Shown in pieces: positions 36,384 through 46,084 of a stretch of 64,000 bases of DNA. The notes beneath the pieces were generated by a model. It was not told the origin of the DNA, did not search any database, and was given only the letters and a program-made list of their open reading frames with translations. How positions within the stretch are numbered: position 1 is the stretch's first letter; each line of letters starts with the position of its first letter. The stretch covers positions 630 through 64,629 of IMG/VR virus record IMGVR_UViG_3300048858_000017, one strand, 5' to 3'. The translations under genes were made by a program, and so were the position numbers. Source of the stretch: a virus.

Positions 36384-39300
36384 TATGAGCGCCTCCGGCC
36401 TGCAAGGGTGTTGCGACCCATCGACTTTGACAGGCGCGAGTTCGGGTTGCCCAGGTCACGCGCCGCGGCGGGGCCGGCCTCCTGACGCGCCACCCTCCTC
36501 GCGATCACCCAGACATCGCCGCTCGTCAGGTCCTCGCGGGTTTCGATATCGGTGCCCGGGAACTGCTGGACGCTGACGCGGCTCCCGCGCGCCGCAACTG
36601 CGCCGGCCCCGTTGTCGTTGCTGGCGCGCCGGGTATGCGCCGACAGGGTGTTGTTGTTGATCGCCTCGATCAGCGGCAGGTTCTTTGCCGTCGACTCCGA
36701 ATTGATCACATACTCCCCGTTCGAAAGATTGGCCGGAACCTTGTCGTCACGGGCACCGCCCGGACCCAACACCCGACCGCCATCGGCGAGGTTGAGGCTG
36801 ACCGCCTGAATGTTCGACACGATCGATGCCGCCTGCGCCGCGACAGTTGCCACGGCTCCGAGATTGGCCGGGAATGGCAGGGCGATGGCGTTAGCGACGC
36901 CCTGCTGGATTTTGATGATCGCGTCGGCAATGGCGAACGCCTTGGAGACGACGAACATCCCCTTGTAGATCGCGCTCTGCCTGCCGACACTGTCCTCGGC
37001 GATCCCGAGCAGGCTGTCGGCCGTCGACTGCGCCGCGCCCAGCGCAACATCGCGTCGGGCGTTGTCGATCTTGCGGAGATTGTCGGCGTGACGTCGGGCC
37101 GCGGCCTCGACAAGCCCGTTGTAGCTGATGCCCAGCTGCAGCAGCTGATCACGGTTCGTCTCGTAGGCGGAAAGCTCCTGCGCGTAGCGGGCGTCCTCGT
37201 CGCTGCGATCGGCGAGGTTGCCATAGGTCTCCCCGGTGCCGGCGTCGCGGCCGGGCAGGTCTCGGATGCTGTCGCGGGCGCCCTGCCCCAGCTTCGCCAC
37301 CTCGGCGTTGTAGCCGTTCTGGCTGATCTGCCCCTCGGCAAGCAGCGCGTTCAACGCGGCGATGCGACTGGCGTAGTCCTGCTGCGGCTGACGGATACTC
37401 TCGAGGACGGCCTGCTGGCGCTGCAGCGCATCGCCCTGGCGGATGCCGCGGTCGATCGCTGCGTTCTCCTCCGGGGTCAGGGCGCGGCCCTGACGGATGC
37501 TCTCGTCCAGCTGGGCGTTCAGGACCTGCCGGTCGAGGCCCACCTTCCCCTGCAGGTCCTTGAGGCGCTGCAGCGGGCGGTTGTATGCCTCGTCGAACCG
37601 ATTGGCGGTCTCCCGTGCCTCCGCATCGGTGAGGGCCTTGGTGACCGACTGTAGCTGCCCGTCGGTCATGTCCGTGTTGAACCGGCGCTTGAAGTCGTCC
37701 TTCGCCTTTTCGATCTGCGCCGTCAGCTGCTGGGCGGCACCGCCGGCTACGCCGCGGGTAGCTGCCTGGTCGACGATGTTCTGAACGAAATCGCCCTGCT
37801 GATCGGCGACCTTCGCCGCGCTGTTCTCCTCGCGCTGCGCCTGCGACTCGGTCGACGCCTGCGTCGCCTTTCCGACGATCGACCCGGGGGCCTCGACGTG
37901 CATGTGGTCGTAGTGCTGGTGCTGACCGCCGGGGATGCGGCGCGTCGGGCCTTCGCTGTTCGCCTCATAGACCCAGCCGTTCCACAGCACGCGATACCCG
38001 CGCGCCTGATAGCGCCGGGCCAACTCGTCAAAGCGCTTGCGGAGATCGGGAACGTTGGCCTCGGTGACACCGCCGGGCGCATTGACGTCGATCGCATACT
38101 TGCCATGCGACGCCATCTTGTGGCCGCCGCTGACGCCCCCGAACTGCTCATTCTCGCCGACCCGCAGGCCGTCGCGCTGCAACTCACGACCGGCGATGCC
38201 GATAGCCTGCTGCCGGCTGCGGAAGCGGCTGACACCGTCGCTGGTGCGGCGGTTGGCGTCGCGCTTTTCCTTCGCCGCGGCCTCGATAGCGTCGTCGCGC
38301 TCCTTGGTAATCCGGCGCAGTTCGGCGCTATACTGCTCGGGTGACAGGCCGTTGATCGTGCGGCGCTGGAACGATCCGTCGGCCTGCATCTCCTGAATGT
38401 TGCCGCGGCGGCCCGCCCCGATCGCCAGCTGCTGGTTCAGCCGGCCGAGTGCCTTCTCATAGCGCAAGGCGGCGTCCGCCCGCTTGTCGAGCGATGCTGC
38501 GACGTCCTGCTGGATCAGCGGGGCCTGCGCTTCGTTCACGGCGCGACTGCTGTTCGCGATCGACTGGTCGAGCGTCGTCAGCTGCCCCTGCAGCGCCTTC
38601 AGCTTCGACACTTCGTTGCCCAGCTGCTGGGCGCTGACATTGCCGGCAAGGCCCCCGGTGCCCTGCCCGGCATTTGCCGCGGCCGAAGCCCGCGCCGCCT
38701 CAACGGCACGCTGCTGGTCCGCGATCTGCTTGACGAGGTCGCCCCGGCTGACCTGCTGGTTGGCGAGGTTGGTCTGGGCTGAACGCAGCGTCTGCTGGTT
38801 CATCTGCCGCTGCGTCAGGATGCTGCGGTCGAGTTCGTCGTTCAGCTTGCGCTGCAGGGCGATCTGCCCCTCGACCGTCCGGTTGTAGGCCTCCTTGGCC
38901 TTGCGGTTCAACTCGGTCTCGCGGGCGTCGTCGCGCAGTTTCTGGATCGCATCGCCGAGGGCGTCGTTGCCCTCAAGCAGCTTTCCGACGAACGGGGCGA
39001 GCAGGATCGTGCCGACGGACAGGGCGATGCCCCACGGCCCCCCGAGGAAGGTCGCAAACTTCGACGTGCCGCCGCTCATAAGCTGGACGGCCTGCGTGAT
39101 CTGACCGATCTGGCTCCCGAAAATCTGGGCCGGCTTCGCACCCAGCGAGTACATCGTGGCGACATCGCCCAGCTGGTATCCCAGCTGCTGCATGCCCATG
39201 CGCTGCGCGCCGGTTGCAGAGGTGACGCCGTTGGCGGCGTCCGCACCCAGTTTCTGGACCTTAGCGAACTGCTCCTGGCTGATCTTGCCAGCGTCGAGCA

Positions 39301-39763
39301 GGCGCTTGGCGTCCGCCAGCAGCTGGTTCATCCGCTGCAGGGCGAGCGCCTCTGCGTCGGTTGCCTCCAAGACACGGCGTAGGGCCGCGTCGAGTTCTCG
39401 GGCACCGCCGCCCGCCCCCTTGGGGCCGTTGCCGAGGCCATCGCCGGCCCCCTTGCCGCCCTTGGCAACGCGATCGAGCGCGCCGGCAACGACGTCCAGC
39501 GACCGCGTGACCGTGGCGTTGCTGGCGTTGACCTGCGCCGACGTGCTGTTCAGGCCTTTCAGCGTCGTGTCGAGCGTGTCGATGCGCGAGACGAGGCTGC
39601 CGATCGAGCGGTCGAACTGCGTCTGGTCGAACGCCTTGTTGATGGCCTGCTTGGTGCTGTTCGCGGCGGTGTCGATGCCGCGCAGTTCCTGCTTGACCTT
39701 CGCCCCGCCGGCGCTGACGCCGGAGGGGTCTAGAACGGCGGCGACGCGATATTCGGTGCTCAC
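36383..39763 (-). CDS. Tape measure protein with embedded Zn-peptidase-like domain
   Basis: 1126 aa helical; QLGYQLGDVATM lambda-type motif; H...AIDV...HYDHMHVE insert. Confidence 0.9.
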   Translation of the reverse strand: MSTEYRVAAVLDPSGVSAGGAKVKQELRGIDTAANSTKQAINKAFDQTQFDRSIGSLVSRIDTLDTTLKGLNSTSAQVNASNATVTRSLDVVAGALDRVAKGGKGAGDGLGNGPKGAGGGARELDAALRRVLEATDAEALALQRMNQLLADAKRLLDAGKISQEQFAKVQKLGADAANGVTSATGAQRMGMQQLGYQLGDVATMYSLGAKPAQIFGSQIGQITQAVQLMSGGTSKFATFLGGPWGIALSVGTILLAPFVGKLLEGNDALGDAIQKLRDDARETELNRKAKEAYNRTVEGQIALQRKLNDELDRSILTQRQMNQQTLRSAQTNLANQQVSRGDLVKQIADQQRAVEAARASAAANAGQGTGGLAGNVSAQQLGNEVSKLKALQGQLTTLDQSIANSSRAVNEAQAPLIQQDVAASLDKRADAALRYEKALGRLNQQLAIGAGRRGNIQEMQADGSFQRRTINGLSPEQYSAELRRITKERDDAIEAAAKEKRDANRRTSDGVSRFRSRQQAIGIAGRELQRDGLRVGENEQFGGVSGGHKMASHGKYAIDVNAPGGVTEANVPDLRKRFDELARRYQARGYRVLWNGWVYEANSEGPTRRIPGGQHQHYDHMHVEAPGSIVGKATQASTESQAQREENSAAKVADQQGDFVQNIVDQAATRGVAGGAAQQLTAQIEKAKDDFKRRFNTDMTDGQLQSVTKALTDAEARETANRFDEAYNRPLQRLKDLQGKVGLDRQVLNAQLDESIRQGRALTPEENAAIDRGIRQGDALQRQQAVLESIRQPQQDYASRIAALNALLAEGQISQNGYNAEVAKLGQGARDSIRDLPGRDAGTGETYGNLADRSDEDARYAQELSAYETNRDQLLQLGISYNGLVEAAARRHADNLRKIDNARRDVALGAAQSTADSLLGIAEDSVGRQSAIYKGMFVVSKAFAIADAIIKIQQGVANAIALPFPANLGAVATVAAQAASIVSNIQAVSLNLADGGRVLGPGGARDDKVPANLSNGEYVINSESTAKNLPLIEAINNNTLSAHTRRASNDNGAGAVAARGSRVSVQQFPGTDIETREDLTSGDVWVIARRVARQEAGPAAARDLGNPNSRLSKSMGRNTLAGRRRS

Positions 39764-40104
39764 CCTTGTGCCTCCCGCTCCATCTGCTCAAGCCGCCACC
39801 GACGCTCGGCGGTGTCCATGCGCGACACGACGGTCCACAGGGCATCGGCAAGGTCGGGCTTGAGCCGCTTCCGATCGGCGTATGCCATAGCCCGGTCCCA
39901 CGGGATAGGACCGTCGGCCGGGCGGCACGTGCCGAGGTCGCGATAGGCGGTGTAGAAGAAGTCCGCGCCCGGCACCTTGGGCGGCTTGTTCAGGAACCAG
40001 TGATCTGCGGGGAGGGGTCGGCGCTTCTTCCGCGCCGACCGAACCGAAAAGCCGTCGCGCTCGTAGCGCAACTCCCACAGCAGCCTTTCGGCGATCAGTT
40101 TCCC
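39760..40104 (-). CDS. Tail assembly chaperone, -1 frameshift extension (G-T)
   Basis: Open -1 frame after the slippery site reaches the stop at 39760. Confidence 0.8.
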   Translation of the reverse strand, partial: GKLIAERLLWELRYERDGFSVRSARKKRRPLPADHWFLNKPPKVPGADFFYTAYRDLGTCRPADGPIPWDRAMAYADRKRLKPDLADALWTVVSRMDTAERRWRLEQMEREAQG

Positions 40105-40568
40105 GTCTTGTCAGCGTCGACCGCGGGCTGCTCGACGAAATTGTAGAGGTTGCCGGCGAAGTTGCGGAACGGGTCGAAAATCCACGCCGGCAAGGCCTTG
40201 AAGAAGGCGTAGCAGTTATCCGCGCTGAACGGCGGCGTGGTGCCGTCAACCGCCACTGGCGGGGTCCCCCATGCCCGGGCGCAGGTCCGCGCGATCAGGT
40301 CACGGTCGACCTCGCGGTCATCCTCGATCTGCTTCTTCAGGCCCTCCGGCGTCAGCTTGTCGTCACCCTTGCCGCGGGGTGCCTGCACCAGTTGCTCGCT
40401 CTGGGCGATAGACCGGCGCAGGCGCGCGTCGAGGAAGTCGGGATTGCTGTCATGCGCCGGCGACAGGATGACGCTCGGCCGGCCCGGGATCATGTCGAAG
40501 AAATACTCCTTCGTCGTCTCCTCGGTGACCTGCTGGGCGGTGAAGTCGAACGATGCGGTGGCAGTCAT
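40095..40568 (-). CDS. Tail assembly chaperone (G)
   Basis: Lies between tail tube and tape measure; ends in G GGA AAC TGA. Confidence 0.8.
   Translation of the reverse strand: MTATASFDFTAQQVTEETTKEYFFDMIPGRPSVILSPAHDSNPDFLDARLRRSIAQSEQLVQAPRGKGDDKLTPEGLKKQIEDDREVDRDLIARTCARAWGTPPVAVDGTTPPFSADNCYAFFKALPAWIFDPFRNFAGNLYNFVEQPAVDADKTGN
40098..40104 (-). other. Programmed -1 frameshift heptamer GGGAAAC
   Basis: X XXY YYZ pattern in frame just before the stop. Confidence 0.85.
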
Positions 40569-40585
40569 GTGGTGGTTGCTTTCGT

Positions 40586-42103
40586 TTAGGCGCAGGGCTG
40601 CGCGGGCAGGATCGGGAAGAAGGAGACGCCGGCCGTGTATCCGGGCGCGGTGTCCTCCTGGTGGGCGCGGAACGTGGTGTTCATCGTGACCGACTGGTTG
40701 GCGGGCATCTCGCGGCCCCCGCCCTCCAGTGTGCCGGTCGGGAGGTCGAAGGCGATGCCGCCGTCACCATTCCGCAGCACCCAGTCGAAGCCGACGGTCT
40801 TGTTGCAGCGGATGCGCTCGATCACGTCGGCGTTCGTGAACAGCATCTGGTTCTCGACGTCGACCTCGATGTCGCCGGCGTTCAGATACTTCGGCCCGAG
40901 GCGGCCCAGCACCTTCTCGCCCGCGACGTTGTTGGTCAGGGTGAAGGTCGCCGACTTGAAGTCGGTCGTCAGGCCCTCCTCGTCGACGTCCTGCGCCCGG
41001 AGGCGGGCGATATCGGAGGCGGTGCCGAAGGCCCCGGTCAGACCGCCGACCTTTGCCACGTCCGCGTTCAGCGCGCGGGCACCGGCCGGGTTGGTCGTGT
41101 TGATGCCGACGAAGCCGAGTGTGATGGTCGCCTTGCCCGTCAGCGGGATCGCGATCGAGATGCTGTCGGCCCAGTTGCCGAGCGAATATTCGAACCCGGT
41201 CAGGCCGCCCGGCAAGAGGTTCGGGCTTGCAAGCTCGAACTGCGCGCTGGGCTGGATGAAGTCGGGGTGGTCGATATCGACGTTGCGGACGAAGGCCCCG
41301 TAGAGCAGGTCGATCGCGAGGCCGGTGCCGGCATCAGCCACGAACGGCTGATCGCGCTTGGCGAGCGTCAGCTTGTGGGCGGCGATACCCTCGACCCGGG
41401 CGAACCCGATATCGTCCTCGCTGGCGAACTGATTCAGGACATCGACGCCGCCGAGGTGAATCGTCTGACCAAGGCCGATGCCGAGCGTGGTGAAGTCGAG
41501 CGCTGCGCTGACGAGATTGCCATCGGCATCGATCGACAGGTCGCCGGCAGCGGCGCGGACGCCGGCGATCGACACCTCGACCATATCGTCGAGGCTGACA
41601 ACCTCGGTCACGTTGCCCGCCACCGGGAGCAGAGCCGCGCCTGCCGCCGGGGCGGCACCGAGGACCTTGAGGCCGTTGTTGCGGTCATCGGTGAAGCCAT
41701 AGGCGTAGAGCAGCGTCTTGGCCCCATCGGCGCTATAGGTCATCCGGCTCGCCTGCGCCGCGGAGAGAGCCGGAACGGTATAGCCGGCGTCGGTCGCGGC
41801 TACCGTCAAGTAGCTGTCACCCCCGATCGCGCGCGAGAACATGAACTGCTCGATGAACAGCCGCAGGTGCGTCATCGTCAGATCGGCCTCGAGCTCGACC
41901 GCGCTGTCCAGGTCGGTCACGACGCCCTTGCGACGGGCGCGGGCCTTGCTGATCGGTGACCGCGTGGTCTTGCCGATGGTGGTGCCCCAGCTGTTGATGC
42001 TGTTCGGCTCCAGTTCGAACCACTGCGGCGTTGCCGGCAGCACGCCGAGGGACGCCTCCCGCGCGAACGACAGCGACATTCCCTGCGTCAATACCCGGCC
42101 CAT
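40586..42103 (-). CDS. Major tail (tube) protein
   Basis: 505 aa upstream of the chaperones; tube-like N-terminus. Confidence 0.8.
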   Translation of the reverse strand: MGRVLTQGMSLSFAREASLGVLPATPQWFELEPNSINSWGTTIGKTTRSPISKARARRKGVVTDLDSAVELEADLTMTHLRLFIEQFMFSRAIGGDSYLTVAATDAGYTVPALSAAQASRMTYSADGAKTLLYAYGFTDDRNNGLKVLGAAPAAGAALLPVAGNVTEVVSLDDMVEVSIAGVRAAAGDLSIDADGNLVSAALDFTTLGIGLGQTIHLGGVDVLNQFASEDDIGFARVEGIAAHKLTLAKRDQPFVADAGTGLAIDLLYGAFVRNVDIDHPDFIQPSAQFELASPNLLPGGLTGFEYSLGNWADSISIAIPLTGKATITLGFVGINTTNPAGARALNADVAKVGGLTGAFGTASDIARLRAQDVDEEGLTTDFKSATFTLTNNVAGEKVLGRLGPKYLNAGDIEVDVENQMLFTNADVIERIRCNKTVGFDWVLRNGDGGIAFDLPTGTLEGGGREMPANQSVTMNTTFRAHQEDTAPGYTAGVSFFPILPAQPCA

Positions 42104-42115
42104 TTGCGCCTCCTC

Positions 42116-42544
42116 TTAGCGGATTTCTTCATAGTCGAACCTGCCCTCGACCGATACACCCCAGTAACGCCCCTTGTCGACGTCACCGGACGGCCCCGGC
42201 TCGACCTCGCCGAACCGGATATCGTGCGGGTCGAACCGGCAGTTCTCGTAGACCCTGCAGGCGCGGTCGGCATAGTCGGACAGGTCGCCGATGCCGTCGC
42301 CGGGCCTGACCCGCAGCAGGACGAACACCGCCCCGGCGCGGTCCATCTTGCGGTTTCCGGGCTTGCCGATCGTACCCGGGCCACCGGCGCGGCGCTGCAC
42401 CAGCAGCTGCACCCATGGCCCGTCGGGCGGGTCGAAGGTCTCATTCTCCAGCTGGATCGGGGTCAGGGCGTCGCCCCCGGGGGTGACCCACGCATCGATA
42501 AAGCGCTGGTAGAGCGCCTCCTGCACTTCGCGCCAGACGGTCAT
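42116..42544 (-). CDS. Tail terminator
   Basis: Position; LENETFDPPDGPWV. Confidence 0.7.
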   Translation of the reverse strand: MTVWREVQEALYQRFIDAWVTPGGDALTPIQLENETFDPPDGPWVQLLVQRRAGGPGTIGKPGNRKMDRAGAVFVLLRVRPGDGIGDLSDYADRACRVYENCRFDPHDIRFGEVEPGPSGDVDKGRYWGVSVEGRFDYEEIR

Positions 42545-43020
42545 CGTTTCGGCCTCGCCTTGCGCGATGCGGCAGCAGCACCACGCCGCGCCCGAGACGC
42601 CTGCGAGGCCCCACGGCTATAGGTCTGACGGATGGCCTTCTCGATAGCGCGCTGGACGAAGCCGGGCTGCGCCTGCTGCGGGCTGTGGCCGGCGTTCAGC
42701 GGGCCGATGTACGGGACGTTGTTCGTCGAGAAGATCGCCCCGTCTGACGGCTTCCACGCCAGAACGGAGTTCAGCCCGTCGGTGGCTACCTGACTGCGTG
42801 CCGCGATCATGGCGGGGGTGACCTCCTTCTCGTCAGCCTTGAGGTTGGACGCCTCGCCCACCGTCGGGACCCAGTTCGCGCTCGCCCATCCTGTGTCGAA
42901 CGGGGTGCCGATAGGCGGGTTCTCGCGCAGGTTCGCGTTGATGTTGAGGGCGAGGGCGACGATCTCCCCGCGCGTGAAGCGGTCCAGATCGGCGATGATG
43001 ATGTCGATCTGGTCCGCCAT
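42541..43020 (-). CDS. HK97 gp10-like tail completion protein
   Basis: TPFDTGWASANW...NNVPYI.PLN.GHSPQ.AQPGFV. Confidence 0.75.
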   Translation of the reverse strand: MADQIDIIIADLDRFTRGEIVALALNINANLRENPPIGTPFDTGWASANWVPTVGEASNLKADEKEVTPAMIAARSQVATDGLNSVLAWKPSDGAIFSTNNVPYIGPLNAGHSPQQAQPGFVQRAIEKAIRQTYSRGASQASRARRGAAAASRKARPKR

Positions 43021-43023
43021 CGA

Positions 43024-43623
43024 TCACGCGCCCTGCTCTTCCTCGATCTGCTCGGTGGGGCCAGCGGCCTCGCCGCGCAGTTCTGCCAGACGCTGCTCCG
43101 CGTTGGCCCGGCCGCGTACCCGCTCCGGCTCGATGCCGGGTCCCGTGATCTCGTAATAACCGTTGGACCCCGCCTCGGTCATCACGAACCCGTCGGTATT
43201 GCCGAGCGCGGCGGCGGCGGCCCCTGACCCGGCGACCTCGGTGGTGTTGCGGTGCAGGTCGATGCCGGCCTGGACGATCTCGGCCCGGCGCTTGTCGGCG
43301 GCCTCACGGCCCTGCACGCGCTCGCCCTCGCCCAGCCACGGTGCGCGGATCAGGAACAGGCCCGGCTCCAGCGGCTCCATGACAGTCAGGCGGTCAGCGG
43401 CGTCCTCGGCGCTCTCGACCGGGGTGGGTCGGGCCTCCGCGGCATAGACGAGCCGGCCGCCGTTCCACAGTAGTTCAGCCTCTGCCTCGGTCACCTCCCC
43501 GCGGCCCTCCGGCTTGGCGGCGATCGTGACCGGAGCGCCGGCATTCAGGGCGTGGCCCCGCAGGGTGCCGAAGCGCGCCATGACGAGCGGCTTGGCCTTG
43601 TCGAAGGTGTCGGTGGTCGTCAT
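43024..43623 (-). CDS. Virion-module protein with two APWL-type repeats
   Basis: Paralog of the upstream gene. Confidence 0.7.
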   Translation of the reverse strand: MTTTDTFDKAKPLVMARFGTLRGHALNAGAPVTIAAKPEGRGEVTEAEAELLWNGGRLVYAAEARPTPVESAEDAADRLTVMEPLEPGLFLIRAPWLGEGERVQGREAADKRRAEIVQAGIDLHRNTTEVAGSGAAAAALGNTDGFVMTEAGSNGYYEITGPGIEPERVRGRANAEQRLAELRGEAAGPTEQIEEEQGA

Positions 43624-43718
43624 CGCAGGGGTCCTCCTCGTCAGTGCTTGGCCCCTGATACACCAACGCCGCGCCCCCGGGATAGAGGACGCGGCGTCAG
43701 GGGAAAGGGCCGGGGTGG

Positions 43719-44564
43719 TTACTCCGTGGGGGCCTCGGCCGGAGGTTCCGCGGGCGGAGCAGCCGGTGCCTCCCACCCCTCGGGCGGGCCGGCCTCGCGC
43801 ACGGCGGCCTGATCTGCCTCGGCGGCCTCGACGGAGGTGAAGCGATGCGGTTCGTCGAGCCACGGTGCTGTCACCATCCAGACCTCATCGTTCTCCTGCG
43901 TGACCAGAACCTGCCCGGCCGGGCCTTCGACCGGCTCGATCTCGGCAGGCGCGCCCTCGGCGCGCAGTTCGGCGGCACGATCGCGCGCCGCCTCCTCGCC
44001 GTGGACCTTCTCGGCCTCGTCGGCCCAGTCGGCCTTGACCTCGAACCAGCCGTTATCGCCGGCGGTCAGGGTGACGCCGTGGTGGCTGTCAGGCTCACCG
44101 GCGGCATGGAGTTCGCGCTGGCGGGCCTCGGCGGCCTCGCGGCCCTGCACCTTCTCCGGCTCGTCAAGCCACGGTGCGGTGACCTCATACCAGCCGCCTT
44201 CGCCGCCGCTGACGGTGGTCTGGGTGCCGCCGGCGATCCAGCCCAGCGGGGGACCGTCTGCGCGCAGCTGCGCGGCGGCCTCCTCCATCTTGGCCTTGCC
44301 CCGGGCACGGATCGGCTCGTCGAGCCATGGCGCACTGACGTTGTAGTAGCCGCCGCTGACCTGGACGACCTGCACCGGATCGGCGGGCTTGGTGTCCTCG
44401 GGGGCGAAGTTGATCATGCGGCTCTCGTAGAGCATCGCGAGACGGCTCGGGGTGGCCGCCGCCTTATCAAAGGGGTCGCCGGACCCGTGAGTGGTGCCGG
44501 CGAAGGTGAAGCCCCGGGCCGCGACGAACTCGCGGCTGGGATCGAAGCGAGGACGGACGGCCAC
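43719..44564 (-). CDS. Virion-module protein with four APWLDEP repeats
   Basis: Repeats visible; directly after the major capsid gene. Confidence 0.75.
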   Translation of the reverse strand: MAVRPRFDPSREFVAARGFTFAGTTHGSGDPFDKAAATPSRLAMLYESRMINFAPEDTKPADPVQVVQVSGGYYNVSAPWLDEPIRARGKAKMEEAAAQLRADGPPLGWIAGGTQTTVSGGEGGWYEVTAPWLDEPEKVQGREAAEARQRELHAAGEPDSHHGVTLTAGDNGWFEVKADWADEAEKVHGEEAARDRAAELRAEGAPAEIEPVEGPAGQVLVTQENDEVWMVTAPWLDEPHRFTSVEAAEADQAAVREAGPPEGWEAPAAPPAEPPAEAPTE

Positions 44565-44585
44565 GGGGCTTCCTTTCTATGCCGA

Positions 44586-45599
44586 TCAGCGAACGGCGTT
44601 GCGGATGAACACGGCCATGTCGTCGGCGACCTTCTTGAAGCCGAAGGCCTGACGGCTGTGGAAATAGTCGCTGTAGGCGCGACCGTCGCGACCGCGCGAG
44701 ATGACCCCGCCCATGTCGTTGGTCTGGCCCGGGACGAGGCTATCCCACGCGAACATCGCGATCGAGGTCGGGCTGTTCAGCGACGGGTTCGGGTCGATGT
44801 AGCCGAGCCACGCCGAGTTCGGGTCGACGATGAACTGCAGGTCCTTGCCGCCCATGTTCTGCTTGTCCGCGGGATCGGGCATGCGCTCGGCCGCGGTGTT
44901 GTAGAGGGCGCGGGCTACGCGGACCTGGTCGACCTCGAACAGCGCCGCCATGATCGCGTTCGTGATCGCGGCGGACGACGTGTACTTCGTGCGGTCGATG
45001 AACTCCGGGTGGTTCTTGAGGGTCTTGCGGACCTTCGAACCCAGCACGAGGACGTTCGGCTCCATGCCGGTGGCGGCGCGGATCAGTTCCTTCCAGTCCT
45101 CGATATCGCTGATCGGGGTGGACGCGGCGTCGTCCCAGTAGAGGAACTCGTCCTCGCCCGGGTCGGCCGCGGCACCGTCGACCTGCATCGACCAGACACC
45201 GTCCTTGAAGAACGAGGTCGCCCACAGACGATCGGCGCGGATCATCTGCTTGCCGGTCAGCAGGCGGGTCGCGTTCTCGTCGATGCGGCCCTGCTGGCGG
45301 CTGTTCTGGCGCGTGCGGTCGTCGACCACATGCTCCAGCGCCCACTCCTCGGCGTTGTAGGTGTCCTCGGTCATCCCGTAGGTGACCTGGACCGGCCGGC
45401 CGCCGAGCGGGCGAACCTGCGCCTCGTCGCGCCAGAAGTAGCCGGGCGGGTAGACGTCGAACTTGCCGCTCTCCTGCGTCACGGCGATGCGCGACGAGGC
45501 CGCACCTGCGACGAAGGTCGTGTCGTCGGCCTGCAGAGCGTAGCTGAAGTTCGTCAGGTAGGCGTCGGGGTTCGTGTCCCCGGAGATTGCCTTCGGCAT
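44586..45599 (-). CDS. Major capsid protein
   Basis: 337 aa; position after decoration and scaffold genes; capsid-E-like features. Confidence 0.85.
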   Translation of the reverse strand: MPKAISGDTNPDAYLTNFSYALQADDTTFVAGAASSRIAVTQESGKFDVYPPGYFWRDEAQVRPLGGRPVQVTYGMTEDTYNAEEWALEHVVDDRTRQNSRQQGRIDENATRLLTGKQMIRADRLWATSFFKDGVWSMQVDGAAADPGEDEFLYWDDAASTPISDIEDWKELIRAATGMEPNVLVLGSKVRKTLKNHPEFIDRTKYTSSAAITNAIMAALFEVDQVRVARALYNTAAERMPDPADKQNMGGKDLQFIVDPNSAWLGYIDPNPSLNSPTSIAMFAWDSLVPGQTNDMGGVISRGRDGRAYSDYFHSRQAFGFKKVADDMAVFIRNAVR

Positions 45600-45662
45600 G
45601 TTCCGTTCCTTCTTCTCTAGGTCACGAGGCCCCGAGGCCCCCGTTGATCCCCGGCGGGGGAA

Positions 45663-46046
45663 TTACGCCGCCGCGTTGCCCGTCTTGGTCATGTCGATCT
45701 CGACCAGCTCATTCGCGGCTGCCGCGCTGATGGCCTGACCGGCGACGACATGGGTGGCCGCGGCGACGCGCGCGGCACCGTTCGCATCCGACGAGATGAA
45801 CTGACCGGGCGTGATGGCGGCCGAGGCAACCACCTTCAGCTGGTTGCCGGTGTCGACCGACGTGTGCAGGCCGACGGCCTTGCCCTCGCTGATCACGCCG
45901 GCGACCTGCTCGCCGAGACCGGCGAGCGCGAACTTGCTCTCGCCGCCATCGTTGACCCGCTTGGCAAAGCGGAACTCCTTGCCGGTCAGATCGACCGCAG
46001 AGGCCTTGGCGTCGGTCTGCGAACCGACCTGCCGAGTAACTGCCAT
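45663..46046 (-). CDS. Head decoration/cement protein
   Basis: Small Ala/Gly-rich protein before the capsid gene; VVASAAITPGQFISSDANG. Confidence 0.75.
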   Translation of the reverse strand: MAVTRQVGSQTDAKASAVDLTGKEFRFAKRVNDGGESKFALAGLGEQVAGVISEGKAVGLHTSVDTGNQLKVVASAAITPGQFISSDANGAARVAAATHVVAGQAISAAAANELVEIDMTKTGNAAA

Positions 46047-46084
46047 GACTATGTTCCTTCTGGCTTGAGGGCGTCAGGGGAGGC

